From positions 2,149-66,148 of the forward strand of contig CALIGI010000054.1 of the NCBI GenBank assembly GCA_938021205.1: a stretch of DNA of 64,000 nucleotides. Reading direction: 5' to 3'. The DNA is from an uncultured Pseudanabaenaceae cyanobacterium (GTDB taxonomy: Bacteria > Cyanobacteriota > Cyanobacteriia > PCC-9006 > JAAUQQ01). The notes beneath the pieces were generated by a model. That model made no database searches. It saw nothing but the letters and a program-made list of their open reading frames with translations, and was not told the origin of the DNA. Shown here one piece after another: positions 60,601-64,000 of this stretch. Within the stretch, counting starts at the first letter, position 1; each line of letters opens with the position of its first letter. The translations under genes and the position numbers were made by a program.

Positions 60601-61254
60601 CTAATTGAGAACGGCATAGGCGCGCACGGGGAAGGTGCCGAACTGTTTGATTTTGATGGGGACGGCGTGGAAGGCAAAACTTTGCTCGCCGAGCTGCTCC
60701 AAGTTGCACATGTGCTCCACGATGGGAATCTCTGCGCCCAACAAAATACTGTGGACGGGTCGCCTGCCAGTGACGGTACTGTCGATGTTGTAGGAGTCGA
60801 TGCCGACGAGTGTTGCACCTGCCGCTTTGAGATGCTGAGCCGCAGCAGCGGTGAGGTAGGGGAAGTTCTCGAAGTATTGGTCCGTGCGCCAGTGCTTGGC
60901 CCAGTCGGTACGGATGAGGACGGCTTTGCCCTTGAGTTCGAGACCGCTGAAGCTGTCTGCGTCGATGGCGGATTTATTCTGAGCATTGACGCAAATGCCG
61001 GGGAGCTGGGCGATGGATTCTAGGGGAAGCTCGGAGAGGTCTTTGCCGTCGGCGTAGCGGTGGAAGGGGCTGTCGAGATAGGTGCCGGTGTTGGCGACGA
61101 GTTCGATTTTGCCGATGTGGAAGCTGGTGTCGGGGCCGTAGATTTGTTTGGAGGCTTCGCGGCTGAGGTAGTCGCAGATGATGGGGGCGGGGACGCCTTT
61201 GTAGGTGATCATGCCGTCTTCGACGGTGTGGCTGAGGTCGATGAGTTGAGGCAT
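60601..61254 (-). CDS. Cyclase-family (kynurenine formamidase-like) hydrolase
   Basis: IDLSH, NTGTYLDSPFH, VGIDSYNID, H.ILL, VEHMCNL. Confidence 0.9.
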   Translation of the reverse strand: MPQLIDLSHTVEDGMITYKGVPAPIICDYLSREASKQIYGPDTSFHIGKIELVANTGTYLDSPFHRYADGKDLSELPLESIAQLPGICVNAQNKSAIDADSFSGLELKGKAVLIRTDWAKHWRTDQYFENFPYLTAAAAQHLKAAGATLVGIDSYNIDSTVTGRRPVHSILLGAEIPIVEHMCNLEQLGEQSFAFHAVPIKIKQFGTFPVRAYAVLN

Positions 61255-61295
61255 GAAGGGAGAAAAAGAAGATGTCGTTATCGTACTGGGGAGGA

Positions 61296-61341
61296 GCACC
61301 CAGACATCGGGTGTTTCTGAAAACATCGGGTGTCTGGGTGC
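61296..61341. repeat. Palindromic ACATCGGGTGT repeat element
   Basis: GCACCCAGACA...TGTCTGGGTGC arms enclosing two ACATCGGGTGT copies; related AAACACCCGGTGTTT near 32368. Confidence 0.6.
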
Positions 61342-61405
61342 CAAATTCACCAAGCCACTGAGTTAAAATGCAGTTGGCTCTGATAACCGCGACCTTTGGA
61401 TTACC

Positions 61406-62098
61406 ATGGACCCCGAACAGCTTAAGGAAATCTATCGCCTGCGCGATCGCCAAGTCTCCCCCAAGCAAATCGCCCGCAAGCTAGGCCTCCGCCCCGTCGA
61501 AGTCAGCGCCGCCATCCGCGATCGCGCCACCAGCGAAGCGATCGCCCGCGCCGAACGAGGTGAACTCAACCCCCTCAAAAGCTGCCTGATCAACGCCAGC
61601 GCCGCCCAGCACCTCCTCGGCGTTGCATCAGGAGATGGCTTTAAAGACGAGCCCAGCGGTATGGCTCAAATTATCATTGCTCGCCAGGACCGTTCTCAGC
61701 TAGAAGTTTGCTCCTTCTTAATCGACTATTGGTGCCTGGGCCTAAAAAATGCCCTGGGTCCCCGGAAGCTCAGTAGTGATAAGTTTGTCAGCCTTGCCCG
61801 CGATTCGTTCCATACCTTTAATGAGCCGGGCGTGGAGATTACGCTGGAGCAAGCCTGGGCTGTGATTGACGGAGCGATCGCCTATGCCGATAAATTGGGC
61901 TTTAGCCCCCACGAAGACTTTGAGCAAGCTAAGGCGATCCTCGGTAAGCCCCCCGAGCAGATGCTCTCGGTTGAATGCGGTAAAGACGGTAAGCCCTGCT
62001 ACTTTTCAGGCCCCTACGACGATGCTCAAGCGATCATGCAACAGTTGACGAAAGCGGTCGGCAAAGGAAACTTTGAATTCACGATGATGATGGGTTAG
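61406..62098 (+). CDS. Hypothetical protein with N-terminal HTH
   Basis: SPKQIARKLGL; FLIDYWCLGLKNA; GKDGKPCYFSGPYD. Confidence 0.8.
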   Translation: MDPEQLKEIYRLRDRQVSPKQIARKLGLRPVEVSAAIRDRATSEAIARAERGELNPLKSCLINASAAQHLLGVASGDGFKDEPSGMAQIIIARQDRSQLEVCSFLIDYWCLGLKNALGPRKLSSDKFVSLARDSFHTFNEPGVEITLEQAWAVIDGAIAYADKLGFSPHEDFEQAKAILGKPPEQMLSVECGKDGKPCYFSGPYDDAQAIMQQLTKAVGKGNFEFTMMMG

Positions 62099-62242
62099 GC
62101 CACCCAGGGGGATGGATTCAATACCTCTCTTCAGCGATTTGTCGATCTAGTTTCAGAGCTGTTTCCAGAAACACCGAATGTGGTGTGCTGCAAAACGTAC
62201 AATAGATAAGCGAATTCACAGTGTCCCCCGAAAATCCTTGCC

Positions 62243-62644
62243 ATGGAGCCCCGTCCCATCATTCTTGAGCTGCCCCCAGCCGTTTACCAGCAGCTCGATA
62301 AGCTCTCCAAGGTCACCCGCCAATCTCTTGAGCAGATTGTTGCCGATATTGTGGTGCGTAATATGCCACCCATGCCCGAGTCAGATAACCCCGAAGCAGA
62401 GGCCGTAATGCTGCAAATGCAGCAGCTAGGCCATGAGAAGCTGGTTCAAATCTCCCAATCCAAAGTCAGTCAAGCCCATTACCAGCGTTTTGGTGACTTG
62501 CTAGAGCTGCATCGAGATGGAGCCTTGGAGCCTGAAGAAACGAAGGAGCTGGAGGAGCTGCGCCTCAAGGCCGATCGCCTCATGCAACAAAAAGCCTATG
62601 CCCAGAAGATTCTGGAATGGCGAGGGCAGTCCGCTCTGAATTAG
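62243..62644 (+). CDS. Putative antitoxin-like protein (RHH-like N-terminus)
   Basis: IILELPPAVYQQL...QSLEQIV; ELEELRLKADRLMQQKAYA..IL.WRG. Confidence 0.7.
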   Translation: MEPRPIILELPPAVYQQLDKLSKVTRQSLEQIVADIVVRNMPPMPESDNPEAEAVMLQMQQLGHEKLVQISQSKVSQAHYQRFGDLLELHRDGALEPEETKELEELRLKADRLMQQKAYAQKILEWRGQSALN

Positions 62645-62689
62645 AGATCCGATTTTTTAGAAAAGTTGGATTGCTCAAGAGAAATCTTT

Positions 62690-64000
62690 ATGACTGACAT
62701 TGTTGTTATTGGTAGCGGCATTGGCGGATTGAGCTGTGCTGCGCTGTTGGCTCGCTATGGCTATCAGGTGACGGTTTGTGAGAGCCATAGCCTGCCAGGG
62801 GGGGCTGCCCATGGCTTTGAGCGAAGTGGTTTTAAGTTTGACTCGGGTCCGTCGCTGTATTCTGGTCTGTCCTACAGTCCGTCGCCCAATCCCCTACGCC
62901 AGGTTTTAGATGCCATTGGTGAGGATGTGGACTGGGTGAATTACGACACCTGGGGCTGCTTGTTGCCTGAGGGGGAGTTTGAAACCCAGGTGGGGGCGGA
63001 GCAGTTTGCTTTGGTGCTGGAGCGGTTGCGGGGAGCGCATGCGGTGGCGGAGTGGCGTAGGCTTCAGGAATTCATGGAGCCCTACTCTAAGGCCGCGATT
63101 GCCCTCCCGGTTGCCAACCTTCGCCCCAATCTCGGTGCTATCCAAACCCTAGGCCGTAGCCTACCCCAGTTGCTCAAGCATCTCTCTGCAATTCCTAAGC
63201 TTACAGGTCCCTTCGGCGACTTGATGGATCAGGTGGTTACCGACCCCTTTATTCGCAACTGGCTGCAACTGCTCAGTTTTCTGCTTTCGGGCCTGCCTGC
63301 GGAGGAGACCAGTGCAGCGGCAGTTTCCTTTATGTTTGCAGATTGGTATCGACCGGAGGTTCAGCTAGACTATCCCGTTGGTGGAAGCGCGGCTCTGGTG
63401 GATGCCTTCGTTCGAGGCATTGAGAAGCATAGCGGAGAGTTGCGCCTTTCCGCCCACGTTGAGCAAGTACTGGTGGAGAACGGTAAGGCTGTGGGCGTTC
63501 GTCTGCGCAACGGCGAGGCGCTACGGGCGGATGTGGCTGTAGTTGTGAATGCATCCGTTTGGGATATGCTAAAACTCCTGCCCGAGGGAGCAGTACCCCA
63601 GTCATTTTTGCAGCAGCGAGAAGAGACGCCGGAATGCGATAGCTTTATGCATTTGCATCTAGGCATTGATGCAGCAGGCTTGCCGGATGACTTGGCCTGT
63701 CATTATATCTGCGTCAATGACTGGGAGCTGGGGATCACTGCACCTCAGAACGTCGTGCTGATTTCGATTCCGTCGCGACTGGACCCCAGCTTGGCTCCGG
63801 CGGGTCAGCATACGATTCACGTTTACACGCCGGGGAATGAGCCGTTTGAGATCTGGCAGGGGTTGGACCGGAAGAGTGAGGAATATCAGCAGTTGAAGCT
63901 GGAGCGATCGCAGTGCCTGTGGCAAGCCCTGGAACGAGTGATTCCTGACGTTCGCGATCGCGCTAAAGTCACCCTCGTTGGCACGCCCCTAACCCATGGC
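62690..64000 (+). CDS. FAD-dependent oxidoreductase, phytoene desaturase/CrtISO-like family (3' truncated by window edge)
   Basis: ATG 62690: MTDIVVIGSGIGGLSCAALLARYG...GGAAH.FERSGFKFDSGPS; frame open to the end of the window, so absent from the ORF track. Confidence 0.9.
   Translation, partial: MTDIVVIGSGIGGLSCAALLARYGYQVTVCESHSLPGGAAHGFERSGFKFDSGPSLYSGLSYSPSPNPLRQVLDAIGEDVDWVNYDTWGCLLPEGEFETQVGAEQFALVLERLRGAHAVAEWRRLQEFMEPYSKAAIALPVANLRPNLGAIQTLGRSLPQLLKHLSAIPKLTGPFGDLMDQVVTDPFIRNWLQLLSFLLSGLPAEETSAAAVSFMFADWYRPEVQLDYPVGGSAALVDAFVRGIEKHSGELRLSAHVEQVLVENGKAVGVRLRNGEALRADVAVVVNASVWDMLKLLPEGAVPQSFLQQREETPECDSFMHLHLGIDAAGLPDDLACHYICVNDWELGITAPQNVVLISIPSRLDPSLAPAGQHTIHVYTPGNEPFEIWQGLDRKSEEYQQLKLERSQCLWQALERVIPDVRDRAKVTLVGTPLTHG

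Larger units (their letters stand above)
1..64000. repeat. HIP1 octamer (GCGATCGC), highly iterated palindrome dispersed through the window
   Basis: Dozens of copies seen (e.g. 107-114), far above chance for an 8-mer; hallmark of many cyanobacterial genomes. Confidence 0.95.

Noticed and set aside
60974-61468. 164-aa minus-strand ORF
   Set aside because: Alternative frame of the cyclase gene; R/H/P-rich artefact
1-64000. CRISPR array, rRNA, integrase, prophage or intact transposase
   Set aside because: No regularly spaced 25-40 bp direct repeats and no such sequence or protein motifs were seen

Overview
Chromosomal window from a cyanobacterium. The evidence is dozens of HIP1 octamers (GCGATCGC), the dnaK3-dnaJ pair, a PerR/peroxiredoxin divergon, FHA/CHAT genes and many cyanobacteria-type hypothetical proteins. 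About 48 credible CDS and two tRNAs (Ser-GGA, Met-CAT) are present. I found no CRISPR array, rRNA, prophage, integrase or intact transposase. Most genes are housekeeping, envelope/EPS or redox genes. The most unusual observations are: (i) the normally fused cyanobacterial cobA-hemD gene is split into two convergent genes, with a double HIP1-like hairpin near the junction; (ii) a 1499-aa leaderless protein combines four CBM-like modules, two Calx-beta domains and a heparinase II/III-like lyase region; (iii) a PerR / type II peroxiredoxin / DDOR-like flavoprotein module; (iv) a G/Y/Q/N prion-like tail on DnaK3; (v) a TpsA-like FHA protein translationally coupled to an apparently exported TPR-CHAT protease; (vi) several small palindromic or MITE-like element families, including a 101-bp MITE with a TGA target duplication. 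All calls come from reading the sequence and from recalled family motifs; no database search was run.
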